Positions 7,657 through 15,658 of a stretch of 64,000 nucleotides of DNA are shown in pieces. Positions within the stretch are counted from its first letter, which is position 1. Every line of letters begins with the position of its first letter. The DNA comes from Clostridiales bacterium. Lineage in GTDB: Bacteria; Bacillota; Clostridia; Lachnospirales; WRAX01. A model generated the notes under the pieces. It was not told the origin of the DNA, searched no databases, and worked only from the letters and a program-made list of their open reading frames with translations. The stretch lies in the NCBI GenBank assembly GCA_031265685.1, contig JAISCI010000028.1, forward strand, positions 31 to 64,030. Direction: 5' to 3'. A program made the translations under genes and the position numbers.

Positions 7657-7746
7657 AGCCGAACACTTGGGGCGCCGCCCCGCACCCCGCCCGCTTTCCA
7701 TCCCGAAAGCGGGGCAAAGAACTTTCATTTATGAAGGAGCCGTTAT

Positions 7747-8280
7747 ATGGAAATTAAACTGATTGAGCAAAAGCCGCTGACTACTTTAGCTGTGCGTGAA
7801 ACCGCCTCCGGCGCGGAATTGCCGCGGGTTATCAGCGCGGGCTTCGCGCGGGTGTACGATTATATCGTCAAAACCGGCGCTCAAATCATCGACGCGCCCT
7901 ACGCCGCCTATATAAACATGGCCGGCGACAGCTGGGATATTGAAATCGGATTCCCCGTCGCTCGGGAAACGCCGGAAAACGGTTCGGAAGTTTGCGTGAA
8001 CCAGGCAAACTCCCCAGACACGAACCATCCAGAACAAATGTCAACCTTGATTCCGAAACAGCATGAGATTTTCCCGAGCGTAATCCCGGCGGGACGAGCC
8101 GCCGCCGCGCTTCACAAGGGTTCATACGCCGGTCTGGAAGCGGTTTACGGCGAGCTGTTCAAATGGGTCGGGGATAACGGCCTTAAACAGTCCGGAGCGC
8201 CGTATGACCGCTATCTCAACGACCCGTCGGTTACGCCGGAGGACGAGCTGCTGACTAACGTCGTTATACCGGTAATCTAA
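7747..8280 (+). CDS. GyrI-like small-molecule-binding domain protein with an internal ~26-aa insertion
   Basis: MEIKLIEQKPLTTLAVRE...EIGFPV...IPAGRAAAALHKGSY...YDRYLNDP...VVIPV matches the GyrI-like / AraC effector-binding fold pattern. A GGAG RBS is present. Confidence 0.7.
   Translation: MEIKLIEQKPLTTLAVRETASGAELPRVISAGFARVYDYIVKTGAQIIDAPYAAYINMAGDSWDIEIGFPVARETPENGSEVCVNQANSPDTNHPEQMSTLIPKQHEIFPSVIPAGRAAAALHKGSYAGLEAVYGELFKWVGDNGLKQSGAPYDRYLNDPSVTPEDELLTNVVIPVI
7987..8073. repeat. Hairpin-module sequence embedded in-frame in the GyrI-like CDS
   Basis: 7987-8013 (GAAGTTTGCGTGAACCAGGCAAACTCC) matches 19451-19477 (GAATTTTGCGTGAACCAAGCAAAATTC) at 23 of 27 positions, and the G/C changes fall at paired positions. 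The rest of the insert is degenerate. Confidence 0.6.
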
Positions 8281-8468
8281 TTCCACTTAGAATTTGCGCC
8301 GGATATTTTTTCGAGCTTGCGTGTCCGAATTTTGCTTAGTTCACACAAAATTCTCATCGGAATTTTGCTTGGTTCGCACAAAATTCTCATCGGAATTTTG
8401 CTTGGTTCACGCAAAATTCTTAGGGGCGGCCGAAAATATTCGGCGTCCTTTAGAGTGGAATTAGTATA
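8278..8468 (+). mobile_element. TIR-bounded non-coding element, copy A (MITE-like, no ORF)
   Basis: Left end: (ATC)TAATTCCACTTAGAATTTGCGCCGGATATTTTTT. Right end: CCGAAAATATTCGGCGTCCTTTAGAGTGGAATTAGTAT. Homologous ends occur at 59764-59931 and, inverted, at 18181-18415. It lies between two convergent genes. Confidence 0.75.
8327..8420 (+). repeat. Tandem array of a 33-bp hairpin unit, about 2.9 copies, inside element A
   Basis: The unit GAATTTTGCTTrGTTCrCrCAAAATTCTCATCG starts at 8327, 8360 and 8393. Confidence 0.9.
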
Positions 8469-8482
8469 AATAGGCTGCGCGG

Positions 8483-9649
8483 TTATCTCGCCAGTTCCAG
8501 TATTTGGGCGACATCGGCCCGCGTAAGCGGCGTGCTGGCTCCGATCAGACCGTTTTCCGGCATTTGCGTCATATCGGCGAGTTTGCCCAGCGAGTCCGTC
8601 GGTATGCCCGCCTGCGCGAAGCTGACCGGCATACCGAGACAGCGGAAGAATCCCTTGGTCGCCGCGATACATTCTCTCGCGGCGCCGGCGCCTTCAAGCC
8701 CGAACACACGCCGGCCGTACCGCGCGAACCGGGCTTCGTCGTTTTTGTAAACATATTGCATCCAGGCGGGCATTATCACCGAAAGCGACACTCCGTGCGG
8801 CGTGTCGTACAGCGCGCTCAGCTCGTTGGCTATTATATGCGTAGCCCAGTCCTGCGCCCGGCCGACGCCTAGCGTGTCGTTGTGGGCGATCGCAGCCGTC
8901 CACATGGCTTGGGCGCGCAGCTCGTAGCTGTCCAAATTTTCCAGAAGTTTCGGCCCGAACGACGCCACCGCGGCCATGGCGCCCTCCGCCATATGGTCTA
9001 TAATCCCGAATTCGGCGTCGTTCGTAAAATACCGCTCCGCGATGTGGCTGAACATATCCACAAGCCCGTTCGCCGTTACGGAAGCAGGCAGGCTCCGCGT
9101 AATATCGGGGTTCATTAAAGCCAGCTCCGGCTGTATGAACGGACTGCTCGCCAGCCGTTTTTCTGACGTTTCGGCGTTATTGATGACCATGACGCCGCTT
9201 GACTCGCTGCCGCTGGCCGGATTGGTCAGCAGCGCCGCCACCGGCAGCGCCGCGCGTATCGCGGCCCTGCCGGTAAAGAAGTCCCACACGTCTCCGTCAT
9301 ACGGGACTCCCGCGGCGACCGCCTTCGTATGGTCTATGACCGCGCCGCCGCCGATAGCCAGAAGTCCTCGCGATCCGGCGGCGCGGACCGCCTCGATACA
9401 CTGGTATACGCGGGAAAGGCGCGGGTTCGGCTCCGTTCCGCACATAAACTCGCCCCAGCGGACGCCCGCCGCGTCCAGCGCGTTCTTGACGCCGTCGAGC
9501 AGACCGCCGTCGTAAAGGAACCGGCTTCCGTTGTGGCAGATCGTCACCGCGGTAAGGCCTTTTGCCGCGAGTTCCGCGCCCGCGCGGGCGTCGGCGTGTT
9601 TCCCGAATATAAACCGCGTTTTAAGCGAAAACTCAAAATCCCTCATCAT
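8483..9649 (-). CDS. Iron-containing alcohol dehydrogenase (butanol-dehydrogenase-like)
   Basis: MRDFEFSLKTRFIFGKHA...LAIGGGAVIDHTKAVA...HGVSLSVIMPAWM matches the Fe-ADH family pattern. The start is taken at ATG 9649 or 9646, just after the upstream stop codon. Confidence 0.85.
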   Translation of the reverse strand: MMRDFEFSLKTRFIFGKHADARAGAELAAKGLTAVTICHNGSRFLYDGGLLDGVKNALDAAGVRWGEFMCGTEPNPRLSRVYQCIEAVRAAGSRGLLAIGGGAVIDHTKAVAAGVPYDGDVWDFFTGRAAIRAALPVAALLTNPASGSESSGVMVINNAETSEKRLASSPFIQPELALMNPDITRSLPASVTANGLVDMFSHIAERYFTNDAEFGIIDHMAEGAMAAVASFGPKLLENLDSYELRAQAMWTAAIAHNDTLGVGRAQDWATHIIANELSALYDTPHGVSLSVIMPAWMQYVYKNDEARFARYGRRVFGLEGAGAARECIAATKGFFRCLGMPVSFAQAGIPTDSLGKLADMTQMPENGLIGASTPLTRADVAQILELAR

Positions 9650-9654
9650 AACGC

Positions 9655-10341
9655 TCACAGCCCCCATTTAAGAGCGGCCTCGCGCGCCGCCCGAACAAAA
9701 GCCCGCACTTTTTCCGCGTCTTTGCGGACGCTTCCGTCCGGCAACGCGCGATTGGTACGAGTCATCGAATCCACGCCCCACGGTCTCACCGCCGCTATCG
9801 CCTCGGCCACGTTGTCCGGACCCAGGCCGCCCGCCAGAATGACGCGGCATTTAACCCGTTTGACGATTTTGGCGCACACGTCCCAGTCGTTGACAATACC
9901 CGACGCGCCTATTCCCGATATGTTGGGGTCGGACGAATCCAGTATGAGCGTGTCGCAGAACGAGGCGAAGTATTCGGCCTTATCAACCGCCTCCGGACCC
10001 GTTACGGATATAGCCTGCTCTACCAGGATACCCGGGCATACGCGCCTGATATCGGCGCAAAACGCCGGGTCGGCGGCGTAATTATTGCCGCACAGATGCA
10101 CTACGTCCGGATCGAGCGCCCGCGCCATCTCGTAAATCGGATCCGGCCCGTCGGCGACGGTCAGGGCGACGAGACCGATTCTGCCCCGCGCCGCGTCGAA
10201 AACAGCCCTGCCCTGTTCGAGCGATATTTCTGCGGGCAGTCCGGCGCCCGTTCCGGACGCGACGCCGATATAATCCACCCCCGCGCGGACGCACTCCAGC
10301 GCTTCCTCCACGGTCTGTATAGAATAAATCTGCGTAAACAT
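9655..10341 (-). CDS. Phosphoribosylanthranilate-isomerase-like (TrpF-like) TIM-barrel protein, paralog 1
   Basis: 228 aa: MFTQIYSIQTVEEALECVRAGVDYIGV...VILAGGLGPDNVAEAI...WGVDS. This is PRAI-like, but no other trp genes are nearby. Confidence 0.65.
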   Translation of the reverse strand: MFTQIYSIQTVEEALECVRAGVDYIGVASGTGAGLPAEISLEQGRAVFDAARGRIGLVALTVADGPDPIYEMARALDPDVVHLCGNNYAADPAFCADIRRVCPGILVEQAISVTGPEAVDKAEYFASFCDTLILDSSDPNISGIGASGIVNDWDVCAKIVKRVKCRVILAGGLGPDNVAEAIAAVRPWGVDSMTRTNRALPDGSVRKDAEKVRAFVRAAREAALKWGL

Positions 10342-10376
10342 GGTTAACCGTTCCTCTCCATATATAACATATATAA

Positions 10377-11027
10377 TCAGAAACGCCGCCCCAGCAGCAG
10401 GGGGAACAGCGCCGCGGCGCTCTCGGCCAGATAATCGGGGGACAGCTCGCCGCGGGGGTCGCCGTCGCCGTACAGCGCGCCGATAACCGGCATACCGTTG
10501 GCGCGCGCCGCCTCGACGTCGCCGTAAGAATCCCCGACATATACAGAAACTTTATCGGACAGCTCGTTTTCCATCAGCATCGCCAGAAGCTCGGACTTGC
10601 TGAGGTTCCAGCCGCCGGGGCCGTCCGGGGAGTACCACGCCCGGAAGAACTGGGCCAGCCCCAGCAGGCGTATGAGCTTGTCGGCGGCGCGGAACGCTTT
10701 GTTCGTTACGACATACAGTTCTCGGTTATCGCGCCTCAGCGCCTCGAGCAAATCGACGACGCCCGGATACACCGACGTGTTCTCAAACGCGTTGAGGCTG
10801 ACATAATGCCGGTCAAGCTCGCGCTCAAACACGCCGAATCCCTCGGAGCCGCCGCCAATCTCCCGCCAGATGTCGCGCCTCGGCAGGGCGAGATTGCGCG
10901 CGCAGGCGCGGAACTCCGGAGAGACGCGCCCCCCGGCGCGTGCCGCCGCGTATTCGACCGAACGCCATACGTCCTCGGCGGTATCGGCCAGAGTGCCGTC
11001 GAAATCGAATATAACGGCGTCATACAT
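10377..11027 (-). CDS. HAD-superfamily phosphatase (phosphoglycolate-phosphatase-like)
   Basis: MYDAVIFDFDGTLADT (motif I DxDGT), VVTNK, and GDSYGDVEAA (motif IV). Confidence 0.85.
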   Translation of the reverse strand: MYDAVIFDFDGTLADTAEDVWRSVEYAAARAGGRVSPEFRACARNLALPRRDIWREIGGGSEGFGVFERELDRHYVSLNAFENTSVYPGVVDLLEALRRDNRELYVVTNKAFRAADKLIRLLGLAQFFRAWYSPDGPGGWNLSKSELLAMLMENELSDKVSVYVGDSYGDVEAARANGMPVIGALYGDGDPRGELSPDYLAESAAALFPLLLGRRF

Positions 11028-11044
11028 AAGTCATCCGGCCTCCT

Positions 11045-11157
11045 CATACTAATCCCATTTAGATTTATGGATAAAAATTTTTCAAGCGTCAGCGCGTTCG
11101 CGCGGCTTTAAGCGCGAACTGAAAAATTTTTATCCGTCTTTTGAAATGGGATTAGTA
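11045..11157 (+). mobile_element. TIR-bounded element, sister subfamily, copy D
   Basis: ATACTAATCCCATTTAGATTTATGGATAAAAATTTTT ... AAAAATTTTTATCCGTCTTTTGAAATGGGATTAGTAT. The 15-bp termini are perfect inverted repeats. The right arm supplies the last codons of the EamA ORF. Confidence 0.75.
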
Positions 11158-12089
11158 TTAAGGCAATGGCCGCCCCAGAATACGCCCGCCGTCACCAGCA
11201 GCGAGCCGGCGACCACGGGAAGCGTGATCTTGGCGCCCAGGATAAGCGCCGACGCCAGCACGGAGATTATGGGCAGCATATTCGCGATCGCGACGACAAG
11301 GACGACGTTTCCCCTTCTCATCGACATATTCCAGAAGATCGTCGCGCACAGCGACGATAACAGGATCTGGAACGCCAGCTCTGCGCCGGATTCGATCGGG
11401 TTCAGGATCGAATTGCCTAAGGATTCGCGGCTGAACCCGCGCGAATACAGCTCGCTGCCTGTTTCCGGGCTGAACGTCAGGGCAAGCGCCATAAGCGCCC
11501 CCGCCGCCAGCATAAAATAGCCTACGCCGTCGAAATCCGAGCGGACATGTTCCATATATTTACGCGTCAGTATCGAGAACAGCGCCCACGCCGCGGCGGA
11601 AGCCAGAGCGATCAGCGCGGACGGCAGTATGAAGCCGTCGGAGAGGATGTACGCGGCGTCCTGCCCGTAGCCCCCGCCCCACACGGTTATCGCGGCAGCG
11701 CCCGACGCGCTCAGGGCGAAACTGCCCCAAATCCAGCGGGACGCCTTCTTCTTCAGGACAAGCGGAGTCAGCAGCATCGCGAAGACCGGCCACATGAACT
11801 TTATTACTCCGACGGCCAGAGCTTGCTGGCGCGTCTGCGCGACGGCGGTGGACACGTATGACGAGAGCACGTAAAAGACGTACAGCGCGCCGCAGACAAA
11901 GACGTACCGCCTGGGAAGGGCGCGCATATCCCCCCAGCTCCCGTGACGCAAGCGGGACGCCGCGCAGATCAGCGCGCCGGACAGCAGGTTGACCAGCGCG
12001 CCGGAGGTAAACAGTCCAAGACGTTCCGCCAGCGTGCGGGTAAACGCCCCGCTGACACCCCAAATCACGACGGCCGCCGCGCCCAGCAA
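11130..12089 (-). CDS. EamA/DMT-superfamily transporter
   Basis: 319 aa with about 10 hydrophobic segments and a two-fold EamA-like organisation. The start is TTG. The C-terminal NTNPISKDG is encoded by element D. Confidence 0.7.
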   Translation of the reverse strand: MLGAAAVVIWGVSGAFTRTLAERLGLFTSGALVNLLSGALICAASRLRHGSWGDMRALPRRYVFVCGALYVFYVLSSYVSTAVAQTRQQALAVGVIKFMWPVFAMLLTPLVLKKKASRWIWGSFALSASGAAAITVWGGGYGQDAAYILSDGFILPSALIALASAAAWALFSILTRKYMEHVRSDFDGVGYFMLAAGALMALALTFSPETGSELYSRGFSRESLGNSILNPIESGAELAFQILLSSLCATIFWNMSMRRGNVVLVVAIANMLPIISVLASALILGAKITLPVVAGSLLVTAGVFWGGHCLNTNPISKDG

Positions 12090-12124
12090 TGTATAATTGG
12101 TTTTTATATTTACGCGCCCCCCTT

Positions 12125-12174
12125 AGACCAATCCCATTTTCAAGGACGGATAAAAATCTAAATGGGATTAGTAT
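12125..12174 (-). mobile_element. Minimal copy E of the D-type element, termini only, inverted relative to D
   Basis: AGACCAATCCCATTTTCAAGGACGGATAAAAATCTAAATGGGATTAGTAT equals the reverse complements of the D right arm and D left arm joined at GGATAAAAAT. Confidence 0.7.
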
Positions 12175-13154
12175 CACGGGCAATCGCGCAGGGTCTGGAT
12201 CAGCAGATCCATAAATCCCGGGAAGTCCAGCCGCAGCGCGGCTTCGGCGTTGGGGCGCTCCCCGCGGAAGCCCATGGTCGGGCTTTCGGTTACGTCCGTG
12301 CCCGGCGTTTCGCAGCGCAGATGACGGTAGTCGCAGACGGTCATGCCGCGCGTGAACTCGCCTTTCAGCTCCACGGTTATGTGCATGGGAGCGGCGGTGA
12401 TAAGCTCGGGACGGATCAGCCACGCGACGGCGCAGGCGTCGTGCAGGTTGGCGGCCGGAAGCGAGGCCGCTTCTTTGGACGTACCCAAAAAGAAGTTCAG
12501 CAGATCGACGGCGAACTTGGCCGTTCGGGTCGGAATCTTCGCTATCTCATCGACGCGCTCCCGCGATACGGCGCACTGCCGCGTGAGGTTAACGCCCGAC
12601 ATTTTAATCGGCACGCCGGAGTTAAACACGCGGTACGCGGCCTCCGGATCGACGAAGATATTAAACTCCGCCGCCGGCGTCCAGTTGCCGAAAGTCACCG
12701 AGCCGCCCATGAGACAGATCTCACGTATCCTCCCCGCGATCTCGGGAGCGCGGTTAAGCGCCGCGGCTATATTCGTCAGCGGGCCGGTGGGCACAAGCGT
12801 AACGCCGTCGACGCTTTTCACGGTTTCAACTATAAAGTCCACGGCGTGTTCCTTTTGCGGCGCGGTAACGGGATCGGGCAGCACTGGGCCGTCCAGCCCG
12901 CTTTCCCCGTGGAACTGCGGCGCGGTCACAAGCTCGGCCACCATCGGGCGCGAATGCCCCGCGTACACGGGTATATCGGTCCGGTCTATAACCTCCAGCG
13001 TTTTGAGCGCGTTTTTCGTTACGTTCCCGAGACAGCAATTGCCGCCGATCGTCGTAACGCCCAGCACATCCAGATGGCTCGCGGCGAGTATAATGGCGAA
13101 AGCGTCGTCGTGCCCGGGGTCGCAATCCAGTATTATTTTACGTCTGGCCTCCAT
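12174..13154 (-). CDS. Inosine/uridine-preferring nucleoside hydrolase family protein
   Basis: Translation from ATG 13154 (AGGAG RBS) gives MEARRKIILDCDPGHDDAFAIILA, the N-terminal DxDxxxDD aspartate cluster. Length is about 326 aa. Confidence 0.85.
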   Translation of the reverse strand: MEARRKIILDCDPGHDDAFAIILAASHLDVLGVTTIGGNCCLGNVTKNALKTLEVIDRTDIPVYAGHSRPMVAELVTAPQFHGESGLDGPVLPDPVTAPQKEHAVDFIVETVKSVDGVTLVPTGPLTNIAAALNRAPEIAGRIREICLMGGSVTFGNWTPAAEFNIFVDPEAAYRVFNSGVPIKMSGVNLTRQCAVSRERVDEIAKIPTRTAKFAVDLLNFFLGTSKEAASLPAANLHDACAVAWLIRPELITAAPMHITVELKGEFTRGMTVCDYRHLRCETPGTDVTESPTMGFRGERPNAEAALRLDFPGFMDLLIQTLRDCP

Positions 13155-13171
13155 GGAATCAGCTCCTGTCG

Positions 13172-14158
13172 TTATTTGACGCACTGGCGCCGGCTCGCGC
13201 CGCGGATAAACTCGCTCAGCTGCTCCGCGGTCGGGGTGGCGCGGCCGCCCTTGCGGCTCACTTTGTATCCGGAAACACCGTTGCCCCAGATAAGGCAGTC
13301 ACGGAGGTCGCGCCCCTGAAGCCGCGCGGCGATAAAACCGGCGTTGAACACGTCGCCCGCCCCGACGGTGTCCGTTACGGGCACGTCGAACGGTTTCTCC
13401 TCATACTCGGCGCGGGGCGTCATAGCCACGGAGCCGTCCGCTCCCATCCTCGCTATAACGGTCCGGTCGCCGCGCGCGAAAGAACGCGCGCACTCCCGCC
13501 AGTCGTCATGCTCGGACAGATAATAAAACTCTTCCGGTCCCGAACCCAGCGCGTAATCGCACCATTCAAGCACATCCAGAACAGCCCGCCGGTACCCCTC
13601 GTCCAGCACTCCGTTATCCACGCGCAGGTTCAGATCGAACGAAGTCGGGATACCGAGCTCCTTCGCCCTTTTGAAAATTTCGGCGACGCTCCGCCGGGCC
13701 GAGGTGTCGCTTGTGAGCAGCATACCCGAGCTGTGTATCCATCCGGCGTTTTCGACCGACTTCCAGCAGATTCTGTCGAGATACTGAAACGACTGACGCT
13801 CGCGCGGCCAGCCCCAAAGATACCGCTCGCCGCGCTCGTCCACGAAGGCGAACACGCATACCGTGTTCAGATCCGCGTCCATTATCAGAGCGGACGTATT
13901 CACGCCGGCGCAGCGCAGCTCGTCAACGAGCATACGCCCGTAAGCGTCGTCGCCGACCGTACCCATGAACGCCGTCGGAACGCCCAGCTTGGCAAGCGCC
14001 ATCAGCGTGTTGCCGCACGTGCCTCCGCCGGTCAGTTCCGGATCCGGATACGCGACGCGCCCGTCCGGCGAAATCGCGGGGAACTTAACGATAAGATCCA
14101 CGTTGATGTCGCCGACGACCAGCACGCCGTCTTTCCGTACGCCCTCATAGCCGCGCAT
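13172..14158 (-). CDS. PfkB-family carbohydrate/nucleoside kinase
   Basis: VLVVGDINVDL...GGGTCGNTLMALAKLG...DTVGAGDVFNAGF contains PfkB signatures 1 and 2. The start is taken at ATG 14158, overlapping the upstream gene; the alternative is 14176. Confidence 0.85.
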   Translation of the reverse strand: MRGYEGVRKDGVLVVGDINVDLIVKFPAISPDGRVAYPDPELTGGGTCGNTLMALAKLGVPTAFMGTVGDDAYGRMLVDELRCAGVNTSALIMDADLNTVCVFAFVDERGERYLWGWPRERQSFQYLDRICWKSVENAGWIHSSGMLLTSDTSARRSVAEIFKRAKELGIPTSFDLNLRVDNGVLDEGYRRAVLDVLEWCDYALGSGPEEFYYLSEHDDWRECARSFARGDRTVIARMGADGSVAMTPRAEYEEKPFDVPVTDTVGAGDVFNAGFIAARLQGRDLRDCLIWGNGVSGYKVSRKGGRATPTAEQLSEFIRGASRRQCVK

Positions 14159-14846
14159 TTTGGGCAGCCTCCACAAAAGCCTTTACCTTCGCCATGTCTT
14201 TGACGTTCGTGCCCGACGGGTTATCAAGGTTGGTCAGGCTGTAGGAATCGACGCCGTAGGGCCTGGCCGTCTCGGCGGCGCGGGCCACGTTGCCCGCGGT
14301 AAGGCCTCCGGCGATGATACACGGCACCCGCGTGCTTTTAACAAGATCGCGGTCAATCTCCCAGTCGTGGGCGACACCGGTCGCGCCGATATCCGACGCG
14401 GCGGGAATTTTTGTGTCGATCAGGAAAAAATCGGCGACCGGCTCGTACATCCGGATATACTCGAAAGCCTTCTGTTCTTCCCTCGGCGCGCCGGGGAGGA
14501 CGGGGATGGCCTGCATAATCTTAAGCATGGGGAACCGCTCGCGCAGCTCAGCGGCGCGCCTCGGGCTGATACCGTCGATATCCCCCGAAAGGTGGAGTAC
14601 CTGCGGCAGCGTTTCGAGCAGGTCCTCCGTTATAACGTCTATATCCTCGGATACCGTCAGACCGACCCGCACGGCGTCCGGCTGAACTTTCTCAAATATT
14701 TCCTTCGCCTGTTCGCACGAAAGCTGTCCCGGCGTGCCCTTGATTTTGCCGTAGGAGACGCCGATATGGCGCGCGCCCAGATCGACCACGCCGCGCGCAT
14801 CCTCGACGGAGCGGATTCCGTAGATTTGCACTATGATATTGTTCAT
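14145..14846 (-). CDS. Phosphoribosylanthranilate-isomerase-like (TrpF-like) TIM-barrel protein, paralog 2
   Basis: 233 aa: IVQIYGIRSVEDARGVVDLGARHIGV...CIIAGGLTAGNVARAA...YGVDS. It is collinear with paralog 1, and an ATGA overlap joins it to ecfA'. Confidence 0.65.
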   Translation of the reverse strand: MNNIIVQIYGIRSVEDARGVVDLGARHIGVSYGKIKGTPGQLSCEQAKEIFEKVQPDAVRVGLTVSEDIDVITEDLLETLPQVLHLSGDIDGISPRRAAELRERFPMLKIMQAIPVLPGAPREEQKAFEYIRMYEPVADFFLIDTKIPAASDIGATGVAHDWEIDRDLVKSTRVPCIIAGGLTAGNVARAAETARPYGVDSYSLTNLDNPSGTNVKDMAKVKAFVEAAQNARL

Positions 14847-15658
14847 GCCATTTTCCTCCTTCTCGCCTTCATTGTCTCGACAAGCTCGTCCACGCTGAAC
14901 GCCGGCTTCTCAAAGCCCATGCCGAGCGAAACGCGGCTGATCGGCGGCGGCGACACGAAGCTTTTTTTCAGCAGCTCCGGTTTCGCGAACACTTCGCGGC
15001 TGTCCCCGTCAATCAAAACGCGCCCGTGGCACAGCGCGACGACGCGCGGAAAGTTCGCGGCCACGAATTTCATATCATGCGAAATAGTGACGCACAGCTT
15101 GCCGCGTTTCTCCAAATGACCGATTATCTCCGACAGCCTACGGCTGCCCTCGACGTCCTGCCCGCACGTCGGCTCGTCGAATATGATAACGTCCGGATCC
15201 ATCATCATTACCGAACCGATAGCGCAGAACTTTTTCTGCGTGGCGGTCAGGTCGAACGTATGCGAGTCCAGCTTATCGCCAAGGCCGCACAGCTCGGCGA
15301 TCTCGGGCAGCCTCTTTTGTATGTCCGCGGCTGGGACGCCCACGCGCTCCGGCCCGAACTCAAATTCCTTGCGCACGCTGTTCAGGAAGAGCTGATCGTC
15401 CGGGTTCTGGAACACGTACCCGACGCGTTTCGACCATTTGGCCGTCGATTGTTTAGTGGTTTCCACTCCGTCGATGAGCACCGCGCCGGAGGTGGGAGAC
15501 AAAATCCGGTTGAAGTGCTTTACGAGCGTCGTCTTCCCGCTGCCGTTCTGCCCCACGACGGCGACGGGCGTTACGCCTTCGATCGTAAAGCTCACGCCTT
15601 TTAACGCTTCTTCCCCCGTGGGGTACGTGTGGCGCAAATCCCGTATTTCTATCCTCAT
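14843..15658 (-). CDS. ECF transporter ATPase component (A')
   Basis: Contains Walker A GQNGSGKTT and Walker B IIFDEPT. An ATGA overlap is present at both ends. Confidence 0.9.
   Translation of the reverse strand: MRIEIRDLRHTYPTGEEALKGVSFTIEGVTPVAVVGQNGSGKTTLVKHFNRILSPTSGAVLIDGVETTKQSTAKWSKRVGYVFQNPDDQLFLNSVRKEFEFGPERVGVPAADIQKRLPEIAELCGLGDKLDSHTFDLTATQKKFCAIGSVMMMDPDVIIFDEPTCGQDVEGSRRLSEIIGHLEKRGKLCVTISHDMKFVAANFPRVVALCHGRVLIDGDSREVFAKPELLKKSFVSPPPISRVSLGMGFEKPAFSVDELVETMKARRRKMA

Noticed and set aside
7690-7713. Hairpin CCCGCTTT-CCATCCCG-AAAGCGGG after the ibrB-like gene as a terminator
   Set aside because: The stem is only 8 bp and no U-run follows. The GyrI-like gene starts 34 nt downstream and may be co-transcribed.
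8327-8420. Possible CRISPR array
   Set aside because: The 33-bp units are directly adjacent with no unique spacers, there are only about 3 copies, no cas genes are present, and the unit belongs to the X-hairpin family.
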